A stretch of DNA of 64,000 bases, from assembly GCF_000150275.1 (NCBI RefSeq), contig NW_002060957.1, positions 186,001 through 250,000 on the forward strand, given 5' to 3'. A model generated the notes under the pieces. It did no database searches. It was not told the origin of the DNA and was given only the letters and a program-made list of their open reading frames with translations. The DNA is from Trichoplax adhaerens (lineage: Eukaryota > Animalia > Placozoa). Positions 41,856 through 56,000 of this stretch are shown here, piece after piece. Position numbers and translations under genes: made by a program. Each line of letters opens with the position of its first letter. Position 1 is the first letter of the stretch.

Positions 41856-44800
41856 ATGGAGAGCGACGAAGAAGGAATTTACGATGTGGAAAGCGACGCA
41901 AGTATCAACTATAATTCCTCCGATGATGGCATTTATAGTGAGGGAGAAAATACTGCACACGGAGAAGCCAACGATTTTATGGATGAACCGACTTCGTATA
42001 AATGTCTGACTTCCGATCAAATTTTCAATTATATGATGAAAGTGGTGGACGAGGTCAACGCTATTTTACAGGTAAGGAAAGCAGTCAGACAGTTGATTTG
42101 AGTCCATGATGATAGTCAGCAGACATGGCTGTCGATGATGATCATCGTACTGTCGTTGAATGGCGTGGATGGAAGGTGCAGTGCAGTCATGCAGACCCAA
42201 GACGGCAATGTTTACAAGAGCATCGACAACAGTGGACTAGACACTTGTAGAAGAATTCATCCACGCTACTCTTGCCGATCATCAACAGTCTTATTGCAAT
42301 GCTATCCACATAGTAGGCAAGAGGAGATGGACTGTGGTATCTTGAGCAATCGCTAGTCTTAAATCAACGATATCATCCATGCTACTGGAGCTCCATTGCT
42401 TGTCTAGCCAATGAGTTCAAACCACTTTCCAACCTACACTGTAGTCTATCATTGAAGTGCCAACCTCCCTTGACCATTTCTACAACACAAGACAGTTACG
42501 GCATCATCAGCAAGACTCTCAATCATGTCTGTATAGCCGCACTATCCAGTATCAATCAATCAATCAATCAATCGATTTGTTACTGCAAATGAATTGTGGA
42601 CCATCATTTCACAATACATTCAATTCTAATTTGATTCATTTCTAATTTTCCTTTCATCTATTTCCTAATTGAATGATACATGGATAACATAAAAAGCTTC
42701 CACCTCATATAACCTGTATCCTATTAAATCATTTCAAATGGGATAAAGAAAAATTAATGGAAAGGTAGGAAGCATTATTCACTCTCTTCTTGCAAAAATA
42801 TACTCTTTACACATGATTAGCATACTGTCAACAAATCGGATCATACGTGCAGTCTTGATTCGTAAGCGTATTAATAGCATGTATCTATCGTCATCTCATG
42901 CAAATAGTCGTTTCGTAGTTGTAACCATTCAATTGTATCTTTCCATCCATGACAACGTAATATACAAAAAAGAGGAATCATTCTTATTGTCAATTTTTGT
43001 CAATAATCAAACTTTAAGGTACTATGAAGGTGATCAAGATAAGATATTTGAAGAAGCACAAACCATTAATCCTTTTCGATTGAAAGGAAAGGTAAATCAT
43101 ATCAACATCGATACATGACAGTAATTCGTCTACTTTTCAGTCATAGCATAAACTTCGGGTAATCAAGGTAGTCTCGAGCAATACAAACAATATTACTTCA
43201 TTTTCCATGCAGTCAGTTTGTACACACTGATCAAGGAAAAGTGAAAACAAAAATATTACTTTCACCATTGTACTTGATTTGTTGATATTGGCTTGATGAT
43301 GTGCACTCATAAAATCGATACTACAGTATCAGCAAAAAAATACACACGTATCAAGTGGACTGACCAAAATTTCAAATTAATCTTTGACAGACTAAGCGTC
43401 CTTTAACAACTCAGGAAGTCTGCGATATATGCTACTTGCCTTCTCAGGTAAATGTTACATCAACTTTATCCTACTTCACTTATTGTCTACAATATGCTTA
43501 TAAATCTACTCTTTTATGCTGTCATGGATAGCAAGAAACTAATCTTCTACTCCTATTCCAATATAAATTGTATCTCTTATAAAGCATATGAATGGATTAC
43601 AATGTGGTCATTTTTTCTGCATCGATTGTTGGAATGAATACTTAAGAATTAAAATTATTGATGAAGGACAGGGACAAGTAAGTAATTACGATATCATCTA
43701 ACACAGTGGACAGCATCTTTTCCAAAGTCTTCCAAATGTTAATTTATACAATTCCATCTTTGCTACAAGTAGTTATAAAGACTCATCATGCAGTGTTAAT
43801 ATCTTGCATTATTGAATTTCTAGAAAATTGCTTGTCCAGCCAATGACTGCAATATTCTAACGGATTATGAAACTATATTGTAAGTTAAACGATTACCTTT
43901 AGCATGCAATTTAACAGTGTATAGGCTACATCCTCAATTTCATGACAGTATAAAGGCTCTGCATATTTTATTCACTCTACAGTCAATTGTGCCTACTCAT
44001 AGTGATTGTCGAGTAATTTCATTATTTCCAATGCTTGCTGTATCAAAATGTAGGAGTTTATTACGAGGCAGCGATATTAAAACTAAATATCATCAGCGCC
44101 TAACAGATGGATTTGTTATGGTTAGATTTTTCTTATAATTATAAATCAATTTGAAAAGACTTTGATCTTTATTGCGTTCAATTCAAGCCATTAACTTTTT
44201 TGCAGAGCCATCATCTAATGAAGTGGTGTCCATCGCCTGGTTGTAGTGTTGTTGTTAAAGTAACTACTGCTGGAACTCGTAATGTGACCTGTATATGTGG
44301 CCATGCATTTTGCTTCCATTGCCTTCAACCTATTCATGAACCTGTTAGGTGTCCGGTAAGCTACGCATACCATTTGTAAGTGCCATCAGTTATGGCGTAA
44401 TCCTGTAGTATCCTACGTTTGAGTGTGACCCCCAATTTTTCAACCCACTATCGCTAACAGCTGTTAAAAAAGTGGCTAAGAAAGTGTAATGATGACAGTG
44501 AAACTGCTCATTGGATATCAGCAAATACCAAAGAATGTCCAAAGTGTCGTGCAACTATTGAAAAGAACGGAGGTTGTAATCATATGATTTGTCAAAACAA
44601 GAGTTGCAAGGTAACCTAGGATTTACTTACCACTATATAGTTGTAATGATATATGAGTTGTACGCTGATTCTCTTCTACGGTACTAATATGAATCCATGC
44701 AGATTCTAATATAATGATCACATTCAATGATGATATAGTTTGACTTTTGTTGGATCTGCTTGAGTGCTTGGTCACCGCATGGTTCAAGTTGGTATGTAAC

Positions 44801-45912
44801 GCAAAATTATAATGAACTAAATATCTCCATCTTTTCAATAATTTCTTGTATCCATTTTATATCATATTAACGATATTGAATTTATTCATCATAAAGGTAT
44901 AACTGTAATAGATATGATGCAAACGACTCTGTAGCTGCTAGAACAGCGCAAGAGGTTACGTGACAATTTTCGTCTTAGCTGCATTTACTATTTCTCTATT
45001 TGATACATTTTCATTGATTTTTACCAGTTTTACAACTTTTTATATTTTTCTTCTGTCTTTCCGATAGAAATCTCGTGCTGCTTTGAATCGATATTTATTC
45101 TACTGCGATAGATATATGAATCATCGCCAAAGTTTAGAATTAGAACATAAGGTTGAGTTAAATTTTATTCTAAATCCTTGATGGAGCTCCAGCAATAACG
45201 TTGTTATCTCTAATATTCTACAGTTGTATTCCAAAATAAAATTTAAAATGGAAGAAATGCAACAACATAATATGTCTTGGATTGAGGTAACCATAAAGTT
45301 TGTAAATTTGCCATTATCTTTTTCCTTGAAAACTTATTATCATTGCTTCGGTTGTCAACATTAGTGCTAACTAGTGCTCTACTAACATATAGGTTCAGTT
45401 TTTGAAAAAGGCTGTAGATATCCTGTGTAAATGTAGGAATACATTAAAATATACGTACGTTTTTGCATTTTATTTGAGAAGCAACAACCAAGCTACTATC
45501 TTTGAAGTAAGTAAACATTTATAATAATTTTCTTTCTATAAATTATCTACTCTGTATCGCGGATTTACTTCTTGCTGCTCACTAAATGATATGTAGGCAA
45601 ATCAAAAAGATCTTGAAATGGCGACCGAGAGATTGTCTGAGTACTTGGAAAGGGATGTTACAACTGATGAACTGTCTAATATTAAACAAAAAGTTCAGGA
45701 TAAGGCAAAGTATGAAATTATATTCAATACTATTAGTTCCATAGCGATAGGATGACATTTTAATGTATCTTTTATACTTTTTACGCTTATGTAATTGAAT
45801 GCTATTTGGTACTACTGTCCATTACAGATACTGTGAAGGTCGATGTGAAGCATTACTGCGGCATGTCTACGAAGGATATGACATGGATCTCTGGGAATAT
45901 TTAGATGAATGA
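41856..45912 (+). CDS. ARIH1: Ariadne RBR E3 ubiquitin ligase
   Basis: Acidic N-terminus, [18 protein letters not shown]1 ([14 protein letters not shown]), IBR (KWCPSPGC), RING2 ([24 protein letters not shown]) and Ariadne domain ([18 protein letters not shown]). Stop at 45910-45912. Confidence 0.97.
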
Positions 45913-47644
45913 TGTCCATACAGTATTCATCAATCCAATTGATGAGAAACTTTATAGGCGATGGTATCGTGTTTATTAGCAAATTGAATCATCAGTTCTA
46001 TACATCTAGAAAAAGGAAACTATAGTCAATATCAGCTCTTGTTGACTGTACTAGTCTTGCAAATTTTGATAATTTGAGGAGGGTATCTGGTCGAGCAATT
46101 CTAAGTTATATCACATATTTTAACGTGCACAAAGTACGTGTATCAAGAAGGGTATTTATCATATGAAATTTGAGCTAAGTGCTATTAGATTTAATATACT
46201 GTAGTTGATTTGCTATTACACAACTGATAATCTTTTCTTGAAACGGTGATAACCTATGATTGTTTACACGTTTAGTATTAATGGGCAAGTGTTGGTAATT
46301 TGCAGTGTCACATTAATCATCAACTGTTTTATATTAGTTATACTAGAGAAATTATAGCACCAGGTGCTTTCATTTTTCTTGCCAAGTGGGGGTCTAGCAT
46401 ATTGTATTGATTAACTTGGATGTACGCGGTTGTCATATTTTTCAGTTTTTTTTAAGTGCTTTAATCATGATAAGATGTATGTACCTTTAAGTATGTAAAT
46501 ACAAGTCAAAGCATACTTTATTCAAATTTATCTGAAAATACTGATGCTGTAATTAAATTGCTGTATAAAATTTTAAAATGTTGTGATAAAAATCATGGAA
46601 TAAAATCTACATCGTTGTATAACTTGTTTGGCAAGAGTATGCATGCTCCAGGCAATCGCATTTTGGTCAATAAATAGAATCGGTGCGAGTTAACATTGGA
46701 GACAATAAAGGCGGCTAAAACTTTTACTAAAACGATCTTTGGCAATATAGCGTTGACTTTAATCATTCCCATGTAGGTTATGGACTATTTGTTTTTGTTT
46801 TTTGCAATGATACGATTAATTCTATGTGGAAGATTAACAAAGTTTATTCGCGTTGTAAGTCAACGGCGATGCATATTGTAGTACTCAATTTTGCCATTAA
46901 AGTATCAACACTACTGTAGAGTTGGACATTAAGTGGCTTAGGAACTATGCTATTAACACCCACTCCTCAATTAATAATTCATAGTGGGCTAAGATTTTAA
47001 ATTTGGTGTAACTGTTTTATAAACGTTGATTCAATTTGTACACGGAATGCAAGGAATCGCATTGCCTAGGTAAGGCATTTTTTTGCACGGGTACAATCTC
47101 GAAGGTGGATGAAAACAGTTATTGGAGAAAAGGATAGTAACTTTTTCTTACGACTAGTGGGATAAATTGAACGAAAACTGATTACCTAGTAACTGCCTTT
47201 GTTTACTTAAGTTACAGTTAATCATGTCGTGTAGGGAGGGAATGCATGAGTAGCGAGTACGGTTGGAAATGATGAAATGCGAGTCTGTTGTGCGTTGCAC
47301 ACATTATTATTAATACTGCATTTGGTAAGTTAACACGGTAGTAACTGGTTATGAGTGGATGTTGAGTTGGTTAGTTAATGCGTTGGCTTGAAAGATAATT
47401 TACATCACCAGTTGTTGTTGATTGGCATTTATTTTATTGCAATTTTAATGATTTTAATTGATCTACAATAATTATTATCAATTCATTAGAATCAATTGAA
47501 GTAAGTACTACGTTAACGTAGGTTATCATTTATCCTACAGTCAATGTCTAGTAAATGATCAGTAGGAACAAGGATAGCAATTTCTTCATACCAATACGAT
47601 CATTGATGATGATCTATAGATACAAATTCATCATCGAAACTAGG

Positions 47645-48730
47645 TTAGTAGACATGATTGCTGACAAACAAACTCTGTGAAGCAGCAGCACTATCAGCTC
47701 CTTCGCCGGCATATTTTCCTAACGTTGCTGAGCCATTGGCTTTAGCTCTCTTGAGAAATTCTTCTTGTGAAGAAGCGGTATTTTCCACCTTGCCTTGCCA
47801 AGCTTTTAGAGCGCTCGCTTGCAATGCCCTTCCAAATGAAAATGATAAAGCCCATGGCTTGGTACCTGGGCAGCTATTGATCGCTGACAAGTTGATACTA
47901 GCTCGTTCTTCGGATTGTCCACCGGAAAGGAAAACAATTCCTGGCACAGCAGCAGGTACAGTTCTTGCTAGCGTGACAACGGTAGCCTTAGCTACTTCAG
48001 CGGGTAAAGCTTTGGTTTGATAAGAGGCACCTTCAGTGACCATGTTGGGTTTTAACAAGGTTCCTTCCAAGAAAACATTATGATCGTGTAAAGCCTTATA
48101 AGTCGCCGCCAGTACTCTTTGAGTGACTTTTTGACAGACTGGCAAGGAATGGTCGCCGTCTGGTATCACTTCGGGTTCAACAATAGGAACGATTCCATTT
48201 TGTTGACAAATACTAGCATATCGGGCTAGTACATGGGCATTTTCTTGAATAGCCAATTCACTGGGTGTTGAAGCTGTAATCTTGAGGACACATCGCCACT
48301 TGGCAAATTGAGCACCATCGGCTCTATACTGGGCACAACGCTTGCCTAAATCGTCTAAGCCTTGTGTGGTCGTTTCGGCGCTTGTACCTAATAATTGTAC
48401 AACACCCTTGTCTACTTTAATCCCTGGTATAATACCGTTGTCCTTGAGTACTTGAACAAATGGTGTGCCTTGATCGTCTTTCTGATATAAAGTTTCGTGA
48501 AAAAGAATAACGCCACTAATATACCTTCCAAGCTCTTTGCTGGATGTAAAGAGTAATTGACGAAATTTTCGACGATTATCTTCTACATTCTCAACACCGA
48601 TGCTCGCTAAGCGTTTGCCCATTGTTCCTGTACTCTCATCAGCAGCCAAAATACCTTTGCCAGGAGCGACAATTTGCTTGGCAACAGAAGCAAGTTCTTG
48701 CTTCATTTCTGCAGTTAATTCTAGAGCCAT
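47645..48730 (-). CDS. ALDO: Fructose-bisphosphate aldolase class I, single exon
   Basis: 361 aa with [25 protein letters not shown], the Schiff-base motif LLKPNMVT and C-terminal Tyr (NHVY). Confidence 0.99.
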   Translation of the reverse strand: MALELTAEMKQELASVAKQIVAPGKGILAADESTGTMGKRLASIGVENVEDNRRKFRQLLFTSSKELGRYISGVILFHETLYQKDDQGTPFVQVLKDNGIIPGIKVDKGVVQLLGTSAETTTQGLDDLGKRCAQYRADGAQFAKWRCVLKITASTPSELAIQENAHVLARYASICQQNGIVPIVEPEVIPDGDHSLPVCQKVTQRVLAATYKALHDHNVFLEGTLLKPNMVTEGASYQTKALPAEVAKATVVTLARTVPAAVPGIVFLSGGQSEERASINLSAINSCPGTKPWALSFSFGRALQASALKAWQGKVENTASSQEEFLKRAKANGSATLGKYAGEGADSAAASQSLFVSNHVY

Positions 48731-48817
48731 GTTTTTTTTTTTTTTGCGCTGTCCTTCCCGCAGTCAACCTTCGGACGAGTAACGTTGTAGTCGTCGTCCC
48801 GTTGCTTTATTGAAACG

Positions 48818-48868
48818 ACGTGCCCAATGGTTGAGGTCACGTAACACGTCATGCTAGTGACGTGTTAC
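48818..48868. promoter_or_regulatory. Aldolase promoter ACGTG cluster including the inverted repeat GTAACACGTCA-N6-TGACGTGTTAC
   Basis: ACGTG at 48818, CCAAT at 48824, GTCACGT at 48836, and a perfect 11-bp inverted repeat at 48841-48868. Confidence 0.6.
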
Positions 48869-49399
48869 TTGGCAGGTCGACCCATAGTGGACGTAGCATC
48901 GTGGTGTACCGACTGCGTCAGTAGACTGGCCGGTGACGCGTAGCCAAAAATCTTTTGCTGGGCACGGGTGGACTCAACACGTGGTACGATTGATGCCATT
49001 TCATTGGCTCTATTGGGAAGGTGTTGTTCCAGGTTGTTCCAGGTATTGTAAGACAAATGGTGCAGTACTGGTACCGACCGTGCCAATACTTGACTTTACT
49101 GGGCTAACAGGAATGAATATTCCTCTATTTAGTCTGCCATCCTTGGTTGGCAGTTTGGTTGATGAAACAAGTTGAAGAGATGAGAGATGGACGCAGAAAC
49201 GTGATAGCCAACGTGTATGGGTGATGTTTGGTGTTTGTGCAGAGGAAATGGAAAACATCTGATCGTCTGCTGATAGCATCATCACGGCACGTGTATGGTA
49301 TGATGTGTTGTACGCTGCAGTCAGAAAGGTCGTAACGCCACAATATGTTCTGCTTCCACGCCATACACAAGCAAGAAAAATCCAAGCCTATTAGCGACC

Positions 49400-50280
49400 A
49401 TACTGTACTGAAGCCTGCCACCAACGGTGCTCTACAGTGTACAGTACGGTACTGTACACTGTATACTGTACAGTACAATGTACAGTACAGTACAGGTCTT
49501 CAGAACTGGGTCCGGTCTAATCCGGTCCGCACACTGCACGACCACAGTAAAACAGCGCGGACGGTACATTACTACCGGTAAGAAGTAAGCAAATTTTTAG
49601 TTTACTGTACTGTACCAACTTACTGGACTGAGCAAGGTAAAGACTTCTCTGATTGATTTTGACTGACGCTACTGCATTTGCGCAGTACAGCCAGGACAGA
49701 ACTGTACTAAGTAAACAAAAGACTCTCCTGATCATCGGATTGATTGCCTACTACTGCATGTGCGCAGTACAGCCGGTATACGTAGTACCGATTGTACAAT
49801 GCACACTTGCACAGTACAGTGTACAGTCCAGTCCAGTACAGTATGATCTACAGTACTGTACTAAACTGGACTGTAGCTAAATCGGTGCATAATGGAGTGA
49901 GTGACTAATTTTCACTAGAAAATGAATTCAATTTCATATGATGCACTGAGAGAGATCGGATAAACATCGACCGATATCCATTTTACTTAAAATCGATTAA
50001 TATTAAAGTATTGGATTGCATTTTGAATAAGCTGATAGGAAATGAATCACACCGCACTGTCCTGGCTACTCTACAGTACTGTACTGTACAGTATTTCAAG
50101 TGTGTACTCAGTACATTGTACTGTACGTCGTGGAGGCCACGGTCAGATGGTCAGATGCCGATCATGTTGTCCCCAGGTGATTACGTCATCTTTATTCAAC
50201 GTGACTTACCCTCACAACACTCATTAGACAGTAATACAGTACAATATACTGTACACGAGTGTACAGTACAGTACCCTAGA
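49400..50280. repeat. TACAG/TACTG tracts in the divergent aldolase/TMEM199 intergenic region
   Basis: Clusters at about 49430-49495, 49600-49620, 49790-49875, 50070-50125 and 50230-50275. Confidence 0.85.
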
Positions 50281-50356
50281 CATGGAACTGCCATGTGGAC
50301 GTACAGACATACAGATTGTCGCCGTAAAAGGATAAAGTAATTCCCAATCAAGCAAG

Positions 50357-50938
50357 ATGGAGGTTGTATTCACCGAACGCTTGCATCAAGCTGCTGTTGA
50401 GGTCAGCAAACGATCCGATTTGCCTCATGATCTCCATGCCAGATTACACAATTTAACGCAGAAAGATCAATCACAATGGCCTGAAGCTATTCCATTCCAA
50501 TTAGTTCAATCCATTCATCAATATTTTGTCAAAACGAAGGGTGATGACGGCACACAGAAAACTTACCTCTATCAGTTATTGGCTGGTAGTGAATTATATC
50601 GCCAAGCATATCAGCCACCTAAACGCAATCCTGAATTACTGGCTAGGTTAGAAAGACTGAAAGCACAACAAGCCAATCGTGAATATCAAGAGATGGTCAA
50701 GGATGTTAGTCCAAAGCAATCAGCCAAGGAAACATTAGGTAAAGATCTACGATCGACACGTCGCCAACTCAGCAGTATCATCAACTTTGTCATTACCGTG
50801 GCTTCAGCCTTTGCATTTGGCTTCTTTGCATCAAAACATGCATTTCCTAACGTTGCATTTCGAGTTTTATTTGGACTCTTTGTTGCCGTTGTGGTAGCTG
50901 CCGCCGAATTATACTTCATGGCTCGAATAGAAATTTAA
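50357..50938 (+). CDS. TMEM199: V-ATPase assembly factor TMEM199/VMA12, single exon
   Basis: RNPELLARLERLKAQQANREYQEMVKDV followed by two C-terminal hydrophobic helices ending VAAAELYFM. Confidence 0.93.
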   Translation: MEVVFTERLHQAAVEVSKRSDLPHDLHARLHNLTQKDQSQWPEAIPFQLVQSIHQYFVKTKGDDGTQKTYLYQLLAGSELYRQAYQPPKRNPELLARLERLKAQQANREYQEMVKDVSPKQSAKETLGKDLRSTRRQLSSIINFVITVASAFAFGFFASKHAFPNVAFRVLFGLFVAVVVAAAELYFMARIEI

Positions 50939-53055
50939 CACTAGGGAAAGGGTAAGACAGGATTGCTTTCAAGCATTCAACTAAAATTGACTCTTTTTCG
51001 ACACACTCTTATGTATGCTTGTGCTGTTCAAGAAATAACTGTATATCGTCCCAACAAGGGCTCATTCATCATAAATTCTTATTGTAGAAGCTAATTATTG
51101 ACTAGTCCTATGGGGATAATATCAAAGTCGTATCATAAACTACTGAACATTATCCAAGCTGCAATGATTTACTGCGTTATCTTGTATCGCCAATGTGTTG
51201 ATACTACAGTATAGTAAAACATAATGTAGTTCCACGTCAATATTAATAATCTACTTACTTACTATGCATAGGCTAACACTTATGCACTCCATGATGAATC
51301 ATCTGTTACTGACTTGATAGCACTAAAGTGTCATAAAATTTTGGTGCTGATCAATGGTTGAAGTAACATGAAATCTTCTCTCTGAATTATAAATAATTGA
51401 TTAATATTACTCTTCATTAAAGCAAGTCAAGAGCAATACAGCTTACGCTATTGCAAAACGTAGCTAACGCTAGAAAATGATATTAGCTTGTAGACTGGCA
51501 TTATTTCTGATTGTCTACTGACATGATTCTTGTTGTTTGGCGTATCTACTGCTTTACAGGTACTTTATCAATCTTATGATTGACCGCAATGAAAATTGAC
51601 GATAAATCGGAAGATTAAACAAGGATTTGAGTCGTGGTTGATTAAAGCATTTAATAGGAGGATACCTTACAAATGTGTCGATAAATGATGGCTACACGAT
51701 GAATGACTGAAATCTACAAACATACGTACACTTTCAATCAACTAACTACTTTATGCTGCTTGGCTCAAATTTATTATTGTTACCTTATATCTTTACAAAC
51801 TAATACTTTGATAATGCAATAACTTTACACGAATATTATGCACATGAAACGTTATTTGTATTCTGCTAATAGATACTGCTATTGGGATACAAGTATGTTA
51901 TAAAAGTATAATCCAATAGTCTATTGATTACACTACATTGTACTTAAATGTACTATTGTTTATTTATTTATTCATCGCAGCCCTGATAAGTCTTAAAATA
52001 CCGTATAAACTGTCACACTAAATTTATCAATACATTTTTCAACACATTATTGGATCCACCCCGCATCCCTAAGGATATATTGAACCATACTACAGTAACT
52101 GTAGACTCATATTTAAGTGTTGAATTTAACTGAATTATTGCTTCTAGCAAAGATTGTCTTCCAGGCAAATTTTATTAACTTTATTATAGAGTTTTTTCAT
52201 AGTGCTACTATGATGTGCAATGAGCTCGAATTGAAAGCAAAAGCTTCATTACAGTAACCATATTTACCTAGATTGCACTTGTTATATGATATAAAATTCT
52301 AAAACTGCATGATACCGTACATGCTACGTACGATAGATTCTGTTTGATTTTCTTCATACATAGATATTAGTCCTCCTTATTGTTGCTAGAGTAAATTGCA
52401 GATTTTACTCTTTGAATAGCCTTAAGAGATATACAAGAATACAAATTTTAAACTTAATATAGTAATGTATTATATGGAATTGTTTACTTGATCGTAACTA
52501 CACGACAATTTGTAATGCTGTATCGCTATTGATATTGATTTGGAATACTATGTATACTTCACGTGATGCAATATTAAGTTAAGTAAATAAGCTTGGACTG
52601 TAAATTAATAAGAGACTCTGCATAACACATACCTATTCCTAATTTCGAAAATAAATTGCTTGATAAGATATAATTTTCATGATTTATCTTTTATGAAAAG
52701 TCATAGGCCATTAAAATAACAGGTCATCATTAATATAAGCTACATGATCAGCTAGTTACTTCTCCACTAGCTACCTATTGGTATTTCTTAGTATCATGCA
52801 AAGCAAAATTTGCTATAATTTCTGTACTTATGTAATCTACAAATGGCAATCTAACAATATCAGCTTGATATCTCATTAATTACATATTACAAAGGTTTAC
52901 AATTGCAGATGTGCCCAGAATTATGATCTTGTAATGTATTATTGGGTAAAAGTAACTCACTCTCATTCAGACTATTACATAACAACAATCTCTTAAAATG
53001 TACGTTTGGCATCGAATTTTCATTACAGGAGGTTAAACAATTTCTGTTATAAATG

Positions 53056-56000
53056 TTAATTTGTTGTTAATTCTGTTTTAAGATCCTTAGTCAACATCGA
53101 GTTGAAAACAATTTTTTCACAATTTACCGTAACGGAGCAATTAGTTGAATTACGAAGGTGCAAGGTTACTAAAAGATAGTGATTGCCAGATATAGTTTGC
53201 GCAGCAAAATAACATTTTAAACTATTCTCTTTTTCTTCTATATTGATCACACTACAGCTTAAGACTTTCACTACTCGAGAACATATCGTTTGAGCACTTA
53301 ACGAAGATGATATATTAAAATTATCGGACACTTCATACATCCCGGCTAGTTTACCTGTATTATATGAATAAATGATAAACATAAGGTAATACTTAAAAGG
53401 TGAAGAAGAAAAGAACAACATTCAAGATGTATTAATCTTTAATAGCTACAAACCTTGCTCTTTTTTGAAACTTTCCGGGCTAATTTTACTAGGTTTGACA
53501 AGTTCTCCCACTACAGCTTTAATGTTAACTGGGCATTTAAATTCTTGTGTACTAAAAAGGTGCATAATCCTGTATCAGCAATTCGAATTGCGAAACCGAA
53601 ATTGCATTAATTTCAATAAACCTTATCGAAAATTTTGCTGCGTGCGTTGTGTCCTTAAAATCAATGCCAATCAGGACGGTTTTTGATGCATTGCTTTCAA
53701 GTGAAGCTATTGACAAATAAATGGGTTAAAATACTATCGAATACTATCGAATGTTTAACTATTTAAATTATCTCCTAAGAGGAGACCAGACAAGCAAGGA
53801 TGACATACAAATTTCGGAGAATTCACGTATGATCATGTCTGCTTGCAGTTTCTATTAAACAAGAATTTAACAATTTGCGTTAGTATTTTCTAAATTGTAA
53901 TACACAATTATAATATAATGACCTTATCTTTAATGCCAATATTACGTATCGCCCTTTGGCTATGGTTTGTGAAAGTTATTTCAACCGAAACAAAATTTGA
54001 TCCATGTAATGAAGGGCTTCGAGTAAATCGGTAAACAGCAGCAAGGCCCTGTCCGCCAGCACTGGTTAAAAGATCAAAAGACTGTCTTGGAAGCGATGAA
54101 GGTACAAAAGATGGCATCTAAAAAAGTGTATAAATTAGATGATTAGAATACACCAAATAAATATGATTCATGGAATCTGGCTGCGATATTAACTGTACGG
54201 TCTAACCGTGGTAGAACGTTCTGGTTTTGAAATAACTTCTGCAGCTGCATAATCTACAGGTGCTAAGATATTACTATCAATTATTGGAGCGTACGATGGG
54301 GCGTTATTTGCAGGTGGTGGTGTATCTAATAGGTGCATTGACATCAATTATTTGTATTAAAAAATAATTACATATCACGTAATGTATACAGTATATTCGA
54401 TATTAGTCTTATAAATTACTCGAATAGTCATCGAATGATAATAATAGTTCATCGGCATTTGGCTGCTTTGGTTTAACTTCTTTGATTTTCTAGATAAGAA
54501 ATAATGCAGCAGTGATATATATCTATACGTCATTGATTTATATATCTTCATTTGCACTAACTTTCTTAGCTTTAGGTTTTTCTTCTTCGACAGAACTACT
54601 AGATTCTTCCGATTCTTCTGATTCTTCCGACGAAGATTCAGACGATGAAGAAGACTCTTCTTCCGATGAGTCATCTTCATCTGATTCTTCATCTGAATCT
54701 GAATCAGATTCCTCTGATTCGCTATCGTCGTCCTCGGATGATTCTGAAATGCATCATTCCAGAATATTGTCAAATAGTGTATAATTTGTATACTCCACAA
54801 AATGATAACTATAAAGCACTCAATATCAGAGATTTATTTAATGTTTCTAACCATCCGAATCTTCTTCACTATCATCATTTGATTCTTCTTCAGAAGACTC
54901 TGTAAAAAGTAGAATACCTTTTATAAATAAACGCAAATCGTATTTTACTATTCATCAATTCTACTACCTTCATCTTCGTTAGATTCCTCTTCTGATTCGG
55001 AATAGAAAGATTCTAACATGCTCGTCATTTTCTTTTTCGATTTACTAGTAATTTTTGGTACCTCTTCCTATAGTTAATACAAAAGATAGTTCAATAACTT
55101 TCATCGATGACAGTATTTGTTTTATAGTAGGTTGTTAACCTCTACGTTTCGAACAGTCGGATCAGGGGCTTCTTCAGGGAACGACGGTAGGTCACTATAT
55201 CCAGATACCTCTTGATCCAGTATATGAGACAACGAGCCCAAGATATATCGATCACGACCTATTCAATAAATAAAGACGTAAGAAAAGGTCCTATGCCTAA
55301 TATTACAATTTACTGATTAAAACTCAAAGTGTTACCGATGAAAGCAGATTTTAGGACAGGGGCAGGCTTTGTTGTAAAGAAAATCTTTTTGGCATATTTG
55401 TGTAACGCTCCTCCCTAGGTGTACGTTAAATATCGGAGATTATAGTTATTTTTTTTCGAAATACCATAAGAACACTAGTAACTAGTATAATTTTTACCTT
55501 TTCAGAAGGCATAATGATTGGTCGTAAGAATCTGACTCTATCTCTTATGTCGTAATTCAGATCATATTTTGCCAAGTTAAAAATGTATTGACAAAGTAAT
55601 TTTGTCTAGAAGAAATGTCGCATGGGTATTAGAAAATTGGCATAATTTATAGTAGATTTTAGAGATTATACACTTCTTGAATAGTGCTAAAGTGTGGTTT
55701 ACCTGTTTATGATTAGTTAAATTTAACTTTGAGGCTAAGTTGATAATTTGCAGCTTTACAATATTTTCCTTCAAGAATTGAGCATAATATGTAAGTATAT
55801 AATAGCGCTGTCAAACATTTAAGTTATCGAAAATGCAAGACAGTTTAATCTGCAACACATTCTAACGTACCTCTGTCATAAATCCTCTACAAGCGATTCG
55901 AAGTACGTCTGGAGCAATTTTAGGGACTTTATCGCAATACTCACCCATTAACCACATTATACTCGCGCGGGCCATAGGGAACTAAGCAATATCAGAATGA

